This document shows positions 20,301 to 30,397 of a stretch of DNA of 64,000 bases, one piece after another. The DNA is from Clostridia bacterium (GTDB taxonomy: Bacteria > Bacillota > Clostridia > TANB77 > CAG-508), in assembly GCA_051891395.1 (NCBI GenBank), contig JBJFFC010000011.1, positions 58,852 through 122,851 on the forward strand, read 5' to 3'. A program made the position numbers and the translations under genes. The notes beneath the pieces were generated by a model. It saw only the letters and a list, made by a program, of their open reading frames with translations, was not told the DNA's origin and searched no databases. Positions within the stretch are counted from its first letter, which is position 1, and the number at the start of each line of letters is the position of its first letter.

Positions 20301-22160
20301 TTTATTAACTATAATATTAGAATTTATAACTAATACAGCACCTTCAATACTTAAATCTTTATATCCAGTTTGCTTTCCTTCTAAATAAATAGTTAATGTA
20401 CTACCATTTATATCGTAATTTTTTACTTTTAACTCTGTTTCATAAATTAAGTCTATACTATTAATTTTTATATCTTCTACTTCTTCTGGCAATTCAATTT
20501 TAATGCTTGGATTACTATACAAATTACATTGTTCATTATTTCCTTTTAATATGGTTTTTATTTCCACATTGTTTTCTACAACTGTGGATAAAGTATCCTT
20601 ATTTACTTCTAATCTTGCTTCTGTTTTTGATTCTTCTAATTTTATTGATGTTGTTGTATTATTTGTAACTCCAGTATCGTATTCATAAGATATTGTTGTA
20701 TTTAATTCAGTCGCCTTTTCTATTATTGGTCTGTTCTGTTCTTTTATTGTTCTTGTATGTGTTAAACTCAAATTACCTTCTGAAACAGGTGTTGTTGTTT
20801 TTATTTCAATAGAAGTAGGCTCTTTGCCCATATAATCAATTACAATATTCTTATTTTCATCAATTGGTGTCTGATTATCGACCGTTGCAATTATTTCACC
20901 ATTCTCATTAGCTATTGTTAATATTCCGTTTTGTCCAAAAATTTTATCAAAATCTTCTTTATTAATACTTGTTTTATTATATACTACATTTGCATTTACT
21001 TCTTTATCTTCTACCGTATATGTTATAACATTTTCTTTAATATCTATGTATTGTTCTACGTTTGCTAAATTAACTGCTATATTTGTTCTACTTTCATATT
21101 GTCTGTCAATTCCAGCATATAATTTTCCTTTATAGATTGTATTCTCACTATTTTTTGCTGTTACTTGAACCACTGCATCTTTTTCTTCTTTTAAATCTTC
21201 AAAAGTTACGTTTCCTACACTTGAAATCTCTTTTTCATTATATAATGTTACTTTTACATTTGGTTGTCCAACTGCTGAATCATTTATAATATTTTCATAT
21301 TCTGCATTTTCTGGTGTTGCATCTTTATCATAAATTAAAGTTAATACAACTTTTTCATTTCCTTGTTTCTTCCATAAAATTTTATTTTGCTCATTTGGCT
21401 CATTCGTAAATTTCACTTCAACAATAGAATTTTCATAATTATAATCGTAATGTGTCATTGTGTTGAAATCTATTTTTTTAACTATAGTTGGATATTCTCC
21501 ATCCACTGATGGTATATTCATTTTTAATTCTATTGCTTTTATTGGATAATTGTTTTCTTTTAACCCAAGATTCATTTCTAATTGCACTACTCTTTTATCT
21601 TCTCCAGATACCTTCATAACCTTATTTGTTATTACTTCTACTGAGTTTTCTACACTCTCATTTGTATTATTCTCAGAGTATTCATATTTAACTTCTCTCG
21701 AAGATTTAATATTGATATCCTTTTCCGTGCTATCTCTATAAATACCGCTTAAATTTAATTTACTTACCGCACTTAATAAACCTGCATCAAATATCTCTTT
21801 ATTTACAGGCTCTATTTTTAAATCAATTTGAGCTGTCGCACCAGCGTTTAATTGATTTAATACGATTTTATTCGTTTCAATTTTATTAATGTAATTATTA
21901 CTTTGATCTGTTACAAAACTAAAATTGCTATCCTCCAAAGCAATTTCACCATTCAAGTATCCTTCCTTCTTTACATTAATTTGTAAAGATAAGATATTTC
22001 CTTCTTTCAATTGTGCATCAAATTCGACATTTTGATGATTGGTAGCAATATTGCTTGTAGCATAACTCACTAATTCTACTCCAACATAAATAAAATTAGT
22101 TGCTGTTAGTGTTGCTAATACTAATATTACGGTTAGTAGTTTTAAAATTTTATTTTTCAT
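17313..22160 (-). CDS. 1615-aa surface protein with DUF11-like repeats and an SdrD B-like domain
   Basis: Signal peptide; repeated VK.G..I.Y.I.V.N.G motifs; ITGVAWFDENANG; C-terminal LSLKTG + TM + RKR. Confidence 0.75.
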   Translation of the reverse strand: MKNKILKLLTVILVLATLTATNFIYVGVELVSYATSNIATNHQNVEFDAQLKEGNILSLQINVKKEGYLNGEIALEDSNFSFVTDQSNNYINKIETNKIVLNQLNAGATAQIDLKIEPVNKEIFDAGLLSAVSKLNLSGIYRDSTEKDINIKSSREVKYEYSENNTNESVENSVEVITNKVMKVSGEDKRVVQLEMNLGLKENNYPIKAIELKMNIPSVDGEYPTIVKKIDFNTMTHYDYNYENSIVEVKFTNEPNEQNKILWKKQGNEKVVLTLIYDKDATPENAEYENIINDSAVGQPNVKVTLYNEKEISSVGNVTFEDLKEEKDAVVQVTAKNSENTIYKGKLYAGIDRQYESRTNIAVNLANVEQYIDIKENVITYTVEDKEVNANVVYNKTSINKEDFDKIFGQNGILTIANENGEIIATVDNQTPIDENKNIVIDYMGKEPTSIEIKTTTPVSEGNLSLTHTRTIKEQNRPIIEKATELNTTISYEYDTGVTNNTTTSIKLEESKTEARLEVNKDTLSTVVENNVEIKTILKGNNEQCNLYSNPSIKIELPEEVEDIKINSIDLIYETELKVKNYDINGSTLTIYLEGKQTGYKDLSIEGAVLVINSNIIVNKKSATKDSQITMTYNNEGTTGTDSKSIRIVAPTDVTTINSIKDLGVETIGQEELKSVTLQRGTSAKQLEAGIEVINNNENEIQNVKVLGTFPTENDENNIATKIVEGISVQGIEEAKVYYTENENATDDLQNVANAWTEEITDSSKVSRYLIEVPSMQSQDSLQASYTIEVPALLEYNQTAEEGYSVAYTNSLTTTENEMKATTIELQTGVGPVLETKLIPSVGGKEVAQNSTVKNGEVIKYKIEVSNVGSEDIQNIAIKGNVPEGTTLVAPQDNYEYTGSSYYKELDSKTYEATLNTLKVGQVVTGEYEVRVNTGVQAGTKLSNIIQAKYGDVTKQSNESQLVTANGNVRVSVKRVTDRSVDLYEAGTVQYFAIIENISNEKQENVTVTTNLSDNLEVNKLTLITGMESQEVSDDDLYRTNSSQNEVETREISESELTGTSEESSVKTEELNYNTEVNIGSIEAGETKVLSYDILINNLEGEEGINFSVSVKNGNDEYNSNILTENVKEVDISLAMTTNTQSQYVKSGDVIEYYITVKNNGSSDIEGIRVVDSIPNSLTVNRVSFDDEEIEQLKGTNSIEILCNIVAGSESTIKIETVVNYSAARTSAEAITNVAYAEVLGDKVATTSEVNHIIEADAEDNNGGQGNNTDSDIANGTKMITGVAWFDENANGKKDDDEQLLSNIKVHLLNTTTNNLVKDENGNVLEATTNDNGVYVLDKIGNGKYIVVFEYDHTKYALTKYKAENVEESKNSDAMTSELSIENEKQQVASTDIIEINNDNVSNINIGLMELQDFSFRLDKYVSRILIQNSAGTTVKEYDNASVAKAELDSKKVDGTTVIIEYKIKVTNIGDVDGYVRKIVDYMPSDLKFSSELNTDWYQSGDNLYNISLANEKITAGQSREVTLTLTKSMTEDNTGLINNTAEIAESYNELGLADSKSTSGNKVQGEEDYSSADAILSLKTGGEIYIAIAIIVVAALGITAFIMIRKRQNNGDKK

Positions 22161-22420
22161 AGTAATCCTCCTTAGATTAAAATACCTCTGTTTATTATTA
22201 TAACTTACTTTGTCAATTTTTTCAACACATTTATTTGTTTTTCGATACTTTTTATGTAAATTTTTTATTTTTCCATTTTTTTACTTACGGAAACATAAAT
22301 TAAGAATTTATTTTTTTATATTACATTTTTATTATTTTATTATTACATTTTAGAAACATTTATTATTTGCATCGAATATAATACTATATATTGAATATAT
22401 TTATTTTAGAGGTGATATTT

Positions 22421-22861
22421 TTGAGCGATTTAAATTTTGATGAAAATACAATAAATAAACTAAAAGATATGATGAATAAAGGAGATCTTAATGATGTTAT
22501 TTCACAAATCCCACCTGAAATGATACAAAATTTTTCTTCTATGATGAATAACAACACTTCATCTGGTACAAATTCTAATCAACAAGCAAATCAAAATCCT
22601 AGTCAAAGTTCTAATCAAAATTCTTCTAATAATGCTTTTGATTTTAATAATATTGATATAAATACAATTTTAAAAATGAAGTCTGTCATGGAAAAAATGA
22701 ACAATAAAAATGATCCAAGGTCTAATTTATTATACTCTTTAAAGCCTTATTTAAGAGAAGGCAGAAAAGAAAAATTAGACCAATATGCTAATTTGCTTAA
22801 TGTTGCAAAAATTGCCGAATTGTTGAAAAATGATAATAAGGAGAATATGGATAATGGCTAA
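22421..22861 (+). CDS. Hypothetical protein (N/Q/S-rich linker, DPRSNLLYSLKPYL C-terminal segment)
   Basis: GAGGTG RBS before TTG at 22421; ORF track. Confidence 0.7.
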   Translation: MSDLNFDENTINKLKDMMNKGDLNDVISQIPPEMIQNFSSMMNNNTSSGTNSNQQANQNPSQSSNQNSSNNAFDFNNIDINTILKMKSVMEKMNNKNDPRSNLLYSLKPYLREGRKEKLDQYANLLNVAKIAELLKNDNKENMDNG

Positions 22862-23252
22862 CTTTCCTTTTTTTAAATTTCCCTACAACAATTATTACTA
22901 CCGTTATTATCCTAACTACAATAGAATGAATTATTTAAATAAAAATGAAGACGTAAACAATATGAATCAACAATCAGATGATATGGAAGATAAAACCCCT
23001 AATCATCAAAATTCTAGATTTCATGAAGGTAATGATTCCAAAAAAAAATCATCTAAATACAATAATTTCGGTCCGATTCATTTCGCAAGCCCTTTTTCCC
23101 TAACAAATTTAGAAGAGCCTGTTCTCGAAATTTTAGGAATCGAATTGTATTTAGATGATATTATTATACTTGGATTATTATTTTTCCTTTATAAGGAAGA
23201 TGTACAAGATGAGATGTTATTCTTATCTTTAATTTTGTTGCTTTTAACATAG
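22854..23252 (+). CDS. Hypothetical protein with hydrophobic C-terminus (LYLDDIIILGLLFFLY)
   Basis: ATG at 22854 overlaps the upstream stop, with AAGGAG upstream. Confidence 0.65.
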   Translation: MANFPFFKFPYNNYYYRYYPNYNRMNYLNKNEDVNNMNQQSDDMEDKTPNHQNSRFHEGNDSKKKSSKYNNFGPIHFASPFSLTNLEEPVLEILGIELYLDDIIILGLLFFLYKEDVQDEMLFLSLILLLLT

Positions 23253-23258
23253 ATAAAA

Positions 23259-23873
23259 TTATTCAATTATAATTTTGTCATCAGCTACGCTAATATAAGC
23301 TTGTTTATGCATTGGTTCTTCATCTCTATCTATTTCTTTTACAATATTAGCAATCCTTATTTGTACAGCATCAAACAATCCCGCCGCTACAATAGCTTGT
23401 TTATTTCCTTTAGCTCCAGCATGTGCTAATCCTCGAAGTGCTCCTAAAACCACAATATTATCTGATGCCATAACTTCTGCACCCGAATTTACGTCGCCTA
23501 GTATTACTAAGCTTCCTTCTGTTTCTAGTTTTTGTCCTGAGCGAAGCGAACCTCTATGAAACTTGGTTTCTGATAATGCTATTTCTCTTTCAAAGGCTTT
23601 CTTTATACTAGATAATCCTAAACTCTTTGGCGTATCAAAATTAATTTCAACATCAATTTTATTTTTTATTACTTCTTGAATCTCATCAATTTCTTTATTT
23701 TTTAATATTTTTCCTGTCACCTTAATCGGTGTCTTTGCATCTTTATATAATTTCTTTAATTCTGGGATTTTTTTCTTTAATGTTTCTAATATTTCTCCTT
23801 GTTCAGCATTTTCACCTAATTTAATTATAATTTCATCTTTTTTTAAATTTATACTAACACAATTACTTCTCAT
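23259..23873 (-). CDS. minC: Septum site-determining protein MinC
   Basis: SLRSGQ, GDVNSGAEV.A..NIVVLG.LRG.AHAG motifs; follows mreBCD-mrdA. Confidence 0.9.
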   Translation of the reverse strand: MRSNCVSINLKKDEIIIKLGENAEQGEILETLKKKIPELKKLYKDAKTPIKVTGKILKNKEIDEIQEVIKNKIDVEINFDTPKSLGLSSIKKAFEREIALSETKFHRGSLRSGQKLETEGSLVILGDVNSGAEVMASDNIVVLGALRGLAHAGAKGNKQAIVAAGLFDAVQIRIANIVKEIDRDEEPMHKQAYISVADDKIIIE

Positions 23874-23944
23874 TTTTACATCCTTTCTTATTTTAGATTT
23901 TATAATTTATATTTTGAAACAGCTCATTAATTCTCTCTTTTATT

Positions 23945-24144
23945 GACCTAATGAGTAATATATTATTTTTGTAGCACCGCGTAAGCGACCAGCTAACGCA
24001 TACTACCACTGTAACAAGCAAAGCTTTAACAGTGGATAGCAAAACGAGCGAAAGCGAGTGCGATTGGAGCAACCTACCATCAATTTTTATTGGTTGGGTT
24101 GCGACACACAAGGTGTAAAAAAATAATATATTACTCATTAGGTC
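23945..24144. repeat. Structured palindromic intergenic element, copy 1
   Basis: Perfect 26-bp inverted arms (23945-23970 / 24119-24144) enclosing a core shared with 26291-26424 and 52207-52374. Confidence 0.85.
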
Positions 24145-26255
24145 TAATTAAGTATCTGCACATACGGAGTCGCACTCATGTCTTCTTCTACATTCTGTGT
24201 ATTCATTCCAAAATATTCTTCCATTATATCTCTAACTACTTCCGCTGTATAATTTCCATGTCCACCATTTTCTACCATAACTACAATTGCTATTTCAGGG
24301 TTTTCAAATGGTGCAAATCCAACAAACCATGCATGTACTTGATTTCCAGGTGCTTCGGCAGACCCTGTTTTTCCTCCAACGCTAATATCGAAATCTTTAA
24401 ATCTTACATAAGCAGTTCCTCCAGAATCGCTTGTAACAGATTGCATACCCTCTAAGACAGCTTGTAAATAAGCTTGATTTATTTCTATGGCTTCTGCTTC
24501 CTCTTCTTCTATTCCTAATTTTTTATTAACAAATTGATTTATCTCTTCTTGTGAAGCTTCTGAACCATCTGCATTTCTAATTGTTTTTATAATCGTTGGC
24601 GATATTTGATGTCCTCCATTTGCAAGTATACTAATATATTTTGCCATTTGTAAGGGACTAAATTCATTGTCCCCCTGTCCAATTGATGCATTTAATGTAT
24701 CTCCTGGATTCCAATTTGTTGAATCTGAGTGCAATTTTGCTTTTGCTTCTCGACTAGCTAAAACTCCAGATGTTTCTCCTTGTAATTCAATTCCTGTCTT
24801 GCCTCCTAATCCAAAGTATTTTGCATACCTTACTAATGTATCAATTCCCATTCGATCTGCCGTTTCATAAAAGAAATAGTTACAAGATTTTTCAATCGCT
24901 CCTGATACATCTAAATAACCATGTCCTCTATGATAGTCTGTATAATACCAACAATTCATTGTAATTCCATATTTTACATATTGCCCTACATCATTAATTT
25001 TAGTATTTAAATTAATAGCTCCTGATTCTAACCCTGCAATCGCGGTTACCATTTTGAAAGTTGAACCTGGCGAATAAGAATTCTGAATAGCTTTATTGAC
25101 TAATGGTTTTGCCGAATTATTTGTATAATTATTCCATGCTTCTTGACTTATACCTCCAACAAAATCCTCTGGATTATAATCTGGGTAACTTGCCATAGCA
25201 AGTATCTCTCCACTATTTACATTCATAACTACACAAGCACCAGCCTTTGCATCATAAGCCTTTCCAAACCCTCCACTTGCTATTTTTTGAATATTAGCTG
25301 CTAATGCCTCTTCTGTTACCTTTTGAAGATTTGCATCAATGGTAAGTACAACATCTGATCCAGCAATTGCTTCTTCTGAAATATATTCTGCCGTAGTACT
25401 TCCATCTACATCCATATCAATTTGTTTGGTTCCATTTTTTCCTTTTAAATACTCTTCAAATACAAACTCTATCCCAGTCTTTCCTATAATATCATTTTGA
25501 CTATAAGTATCTTTTCTTGTTTCATATTCAGTAGAACTAATCTGTGAGGCATATCCTAAAATATGTGATGCTAAACTTCCTGATGTATATTGCCTAACTG
25601 GTTGCACAACAACGTTAACTCCTGTAAATTTATCAGAACTCTCACTAAATTCCGCTACCGCTTCTCTTGGTATATTCTCTGCAATTGTCACAGCATTTGT
25701 GCTACTATACCCTTTTTGTGATAACTCATATCGAATCGCGATAATCTTTCTAATTTCTGTTATATCCTCTGTATTTTGTATTTCATATTTGTTTTTAAAT
25801 TTGTAAAATGCTTCTTCAGCTGTTACATTTTCATTTAAATTATTCGACTTTTTCCATTTTTGAAGCGTTTCACCTGAAATGGTAAATTCGAATGGATCTA
25901 TAGTGATTGGAAAAGAATCAACATAAGATACATTATATTTTTCCAGAACCTGAACCATGTTTAATATATCTGTATTCAAGGTATCTGTATCCACTTTGCT
26001 TTTATACATTTCTAATGAAAATTCCATTGTTGAAGTTACTAAAGCTGCTCCTGTTTTATCCAATATAGCACCTCTTGATGCTTCTAGTGTACTTTCCCTA
26101 GTAAGTCTTGTATTAGATTGTTCTCTATACTCTGCCCCATGTACAATTTGAAGGCTAAATAGTTTGACAATTAGTATAACTCCTATTATATAAATACTTA
26201 CAGTTAAAACATTAAATCTTAAATTAGTATTGATTTTTTTCGTATTTTTTGCCAA
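24144..26255 (-). CDS. mrdA: Penicillin-binding protein 2 (class B)
   Basis: N-terminal TM, RG.ILD, STFK (SxxK), SCN (SxN) and KTG motifs; located in the mre operon. Confidence 0.9.
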   Translation of the reverse strand: MAKNTKKINTNLRFNVLTVSIYIIGVILIVKLFSLQIVHGAEYREQSNTRLTRESTLEASRGAILDKTGAALVTSTMEFSLEMYKSKVDTDTLNTDILNMVQVLEKYNVSYVDSFPITIDPFEFTISGETLQKWKKSNNLNENVTAEEAFYKFKNKYEIQNTEDITEIRKIIAIRYELSQKGYSSTNAVTIAENIPREAVAEFSESSDKFTGVNVVVQPVRQYTSGSLASHILGYASQISSTEYETRKDTYSQNDIIGKTGIEFVFEEYLKGKNGTKQIDMDVDGSTTAEYISEEAIAGSDVVLTIDANLQKVTEEALAANIQKIASGGFGKAYDAKAGACVVMNVNSGEILAMASYPDYNPEDFVGGISQEAWNNYTNNSAKPLVNKAIQNSYSPGSTFKMVTAIAGLESGAINLNTKINDVGQYVKYGITMNCWYYTDYHRGHGYLDVSGAIEKSCNYFFYETADRMGIDTLVRYAKYFGLGGKTGIELQGETSGVLASREAKAKLHSDSTNWNPGDTLNASIGQGDNEFSPLQMAKYISILANGGHQISPTIIKTIRNADGSEASQEEINQFVNKKLGIEEEEAEAIEINQAYLQAVLEGMQSVTSDSGGTAYVRFKDFDISVGGKTGSAEAPGNQVHAWFVGFAPFENPEIAIVVMVENGGHGNYTAEVVRDIMEEYFGMNTQNVEEDMSATPYVQILN

Positions 26256-26290
26256 ACCCTCACCTTCTTTCTTCTTTTCTTTCTATAGTC

Positions 26291-26424
26291 AAGTGTTTTA
26301 TATTATTTTTGCAACACCGCGTAAGCGACCAAACGAGCGGAAGCGAGTGCGATTGGAGCAACCTACCAATTTGAATTTTAGTGGTTGCGACACACAAGGT
26401 GTAAAAAAATAATATAAAACACTT
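26291..26424. repeat. Structured palindromic intergenic element, copy 2
   Basis: Perfect 20-bp arms (26291-26310 / 26405-26424), same core. Confidence 0.85.
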
Positions 26425-26442
26425 AGTTATACACCTGACAAG

Positions 26443-26985
26443 CTAAAAATATCTTGTTAAAATTTTATTTCCTTTGTACTCATTTTCAATATAATATCCA
26501 AATTTTTGAATAACTGGATATATAATAATTGTTAATAATAAATTAAAAATAATTTCAATTACTAAGATCAAAATAAAATTAATAATCTCTACATTAATTG
26601 ATAGAAAAATATATTTTAATAAATAAGTTAAAGTTTCAAATATAATTGTAGAACCCATAACCATGAACATAATAGTCATTCTACTATCCTTTGAAAAATT
26701 CTTATCAAAAACGCCGGCTAAAAACCCTATTAATCCAAGAATTGATGCATATACTCCTATTTTATTTCCTAACAAAAAATCTAATATAATTCCTATTCCT
26801 ACTCCATATGCTGCTCCCATAGTGCTGTTAGCAAATAATCCAACAAATAATACTAGAATAACAAATAAATTTGGCATAATCCCTGCTATATTGAACCAAC
26901 TAAAAAAATTTGATTGTAAATAATATATGATAAGTGTTGTCAAAATTAAGATTATATTTATTATTACTTTTTTCAATTCGTTCAC
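26443..26985 (-). CDS. mreD: Rod shape-determining protein MreD
   Basis: Polytopic membrane protein with a PNL motif, directly after mreC. Confidence 0.85.
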   Translation of the reverse strand: MNELKKVIINIILILTTLIIYYLQSNFFSWFNIAGIMPNLFVILVLFVGLFANSTMGAAYGVGIGIILDFLLGNKIGVYASILGLIGFLAGVFDKNFSKDSRMTIMFMVMGSTIIFETLTYLLKYIFLSINVEIINFILILVIEIIFNLLLTIIIYPVIQKFGYYIENEYKGNKILTRYF

Positions 26986-26993
26986 CTTTCCTT

Positions 26994-27809
26994 TTATTTA
27001 TTTGTAATTACTAGAACCGTATCTAACTTATCAAAGTTCACTGCTGTTTCAACCAGAGCATATCGATCTGTTAAATTTTGTGTATTTGTTACTTTTTTTA
27101 CAGTTCCAATGTGAATTCCTTTTGGATAAATTCCTCCTAAACCAGATGTTTCTATGCTGTCACCTTGAATAATATTAGCATCTGTTGGTATATACATTGC
27201 TTTTAAAGTAGAATTTTCATCTAGTGTTCCTTTACAAACAATGCTATCTTTGGTGGTACTCATCGAACAGCTAACTGAACTTGCTGTATCGATTATTGTT
27301 TGAACTTTAGCTGTTGAATCAGTAACTGAAATAATATGACCAACCAAACCTTCATCGCCAATTACTGTCATATTCTCTTCTACTCCATCATTCTTACCAA
27401 GATTAATTACAATTGTTTTAGAATAATTACTAATATCTTTATTAATAACATAACCTGGAATTGTTTTATATTCTCCATACTTTTCAGTTAAATTTAAATA
27501 TTCTTTTAATGTCTCATTTTGTGTTTTTATATTTTCTAATTCTCTTAATGACTGTTCTAATTGACTATTTTCTTCCTTGAGTTTTTGATTTTCTTCTTTT
27601 AAATTATTGATATCTGTAAAAAATGTACTGTTTCCACCTAGTTTGTTTTTTAAATAAGTTAATCCATTTTGTATTGGCATAACTAAGTTTGTTGCTATAT
27701 TTTCTAAAAAGTTACTATTCTCTTCGCCATTCGAAAAGATTACAATTAAGATTAATATAATAATTGTTATGATAACACCTATTATCCCACTCTTTTTATT
27801 TCTGTACAT
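26994..27809 (-). CDS. mreC: Rod shape-determining protein MreC
   Basis: TM, coiled coil (LKEENQKLKEEN), TSGLGGIYPKGI.IG motif. Confidence 0.9.
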   Translation of the reverse strand: MYRNKKSGIIGVIITIIILILIVIFSNGEENSNFLENIATNLVMPIQNGLTYLKNKLGGNSTFFTDINNLKEENQKLKEENSQLEQSLRELENIKTQNETLKEYLNLTEKYGEYKTIPGYVINKDISNYSKTIVINLGKNDGVEENMTVIGDEGLVGHIISVTDSTAKVQTIIDTASSVSCSMSTTKDSIVCKGTLDENSTLKAMYIPTDANIIQGDSIETSGLGGIYPKGIHIGTVKKVTNTQNLTDRYALVETAVNFDKLDTVLVITNK

Positions 27810-27826
27810 TTCTTACTCCTATCTAT

Positions 27827-28877
<1,051 letters not shown>

Positions 28878-28911
28878 CTAACTCCTTCATCTTAACTTTC
28901 AAACTAAGCAT

Positions 28912-29604
28912 TCAAGAAACTAACTTTGAAAATATACTTGTATAATTCATGTTTCCAATAACAAGATGGTCCATCAGTTCTATTCCAAGTAAGTTAGCTA
29001 CTTCATATAAATGTTCTGTAAAAGTAATATCTTTTTTACTTGGTGTGGAATCTCCACTTGGATGATTATGCACTAATATAATTTTAGGTGCTTTCATCTT
29101 AATTGGTTCTGACATAATATCTTTTATTGAAACATTAGCAAAGTTACTTCCACCCACTGCAATTTCCTGAATTTTTAATATTTCATTCTTGTTGTTTAGA
29201 ATCACCAATTTTACTTTTTCGTTTCTTTCAAATTTAAGCTCACTCATTAATATTTTAGCTAAATCATGTGGCTGTTTAATGACTATCTTTTTATAATTCG
29301 ACGTTTTAAACATTCTAATAGCTAATTCACTTACCGCTTTTATTTGAATGGCTTTTACTTTTCCTATTCCATTTATTTGCATTAACTCTTCTATGGTTAA
29401 AGTCTGCAAATAATTTAAATCCTCATCTTCTGTATCATTCATTTTTAGTATTCTTTGTGCTAACTCTACAGATGTCTCTTCTTTTGTTCCACTTTTTATA
29501 ATAATTGCCAATAATTCAGCATTTGATAATGTCTTTTCTCCATATATCTCTAGTTTCTCATAAGGTCTTTCTAATTCTGGCAATTCCTTCATTTTTATTG
29601 ACAA
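28912..29604 (-). CDS. radC: RadC/JAB-domain protein
   Basis: ERPYEKL, LSNAELLAII, HNHPSGD.TPS..D and DHLVIG motifs. Confidence 0.9.
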   Translation of the reverse strand: MSIKMKELPELERPYEKLEIYGEKTLSNAELLAIIIKSGTKEETSVELAQRILKMNDTEDEDLNYLQTLTIEELMQINGIGKVKAIQIKAVSELAIRMFKTSNYKKIVIKQPHDLAKILMSELKFERNEKVKLVILNNKNEILKIQEIAVGGSNFANVSIKDIMSEPIKMKAPKIILVHNHPSGDSTPSKKDITFTEHLYEVANLLGIELMDHLVIGNMNYTSIFSKLVS

Positions 29605-29658
29605 AATACTTCCATTCCTTTCCTATTTTTATTGCCCCTATTTTGTCTTTTATATTAT

Positions 29659-29916
29659 TTATATTTTTTTATAGATAAAAATAGCAAGTACCATACCGAT
29701 AATGCTTGATATACTTATTTTAAACATTAAAGCAAAAGTAATTTTCATAACACTTAGATCTAATACAATTGGATTTTCTAGTCCAAAACTTTGGCTATAA
29801 GAAAGCCACCAAAGCCAATCCACTTTTGATGCAAGCTCTCCTAATAATCCTCCTACTACTAATCCTGATAAAATAAATATTAATAATATCCATATATTTT
29901 TCTCTTTTGTTGCCAT
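29659..29916 (-). CDS. Small membrane protein (DUF4321-like)
   Basis: 85 aa with two hydrophobic segments; usual clostridial position upstream of radC. Confidence 0.7.
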   Translation of the reverse strand: MATKEKNIWILLIFILSGLVVGGLLGELASKVDWLWWLSYSQSFGLENPIVLDLSVMKITFALMFKISISSIIGMVLAIFIYKKI

Positions 29917-29950
29917 TTATAATCCCATTCCTTTCCTAAGGCACAATCTA

Positions 29951-30074
29951 GGTTGGAAAAGAATTCGATATTTGACTAGGCAAATGAGATTTCAATTTAT
30001 AAGGCGTACGTGCTGTACGTTGATTAAATTAAAATCGAAATTTAACTACGTCAAATGCCAATTATTTTTCAACC
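29951..30074. repeat. Long imperfect intergenic hairpin
   Basis: Nested pairings GGTTGGAAAA/TTTTTCAACC, TTTGAC/GTCAAA, GATTTCAATTTA/TAAATTAAAATC, CGTAC/GTACG. Confidence 0.6.
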
Positions 30075-30397
30075 ATATCTCTCCAAAAATTTCTTTTCCC
30101 CTTACGGCTATTCATTTTTTAAACCAACGCTATTATATCCTGTATTAACATTTTTTTCAAGTATATAATACTATTTTTTCATTTTATTTTTCTTATTTAT
30201 TTCTATCTTAAAAAAATAAAAATAGAGTGTTAATAAATATTTTTTATTATTCATATAAAAATTACATTGATTTATAAATTTTGATATGTTATAGTAATAA
30301 AAATTCTAAAATTTGATTACCAAAAATTGTGCATTTCAATATAATAATAATAGTAGTATAATATAATTAGTAGTTGTTTAAGGAGGTTCTTTTCTTT

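Noticed and set aside
232-21741. Many short plus-strand ORFs rich in L/F/S/I
   Set aside because: They are antisense shadows of long minus-strand genes, with no RBS or family motifs.
23893-26412. ORFs 23893..24138 and 26230..26412
   Set aside because: They run through the palindromic repeat elements and are better explained as non-coding structure.
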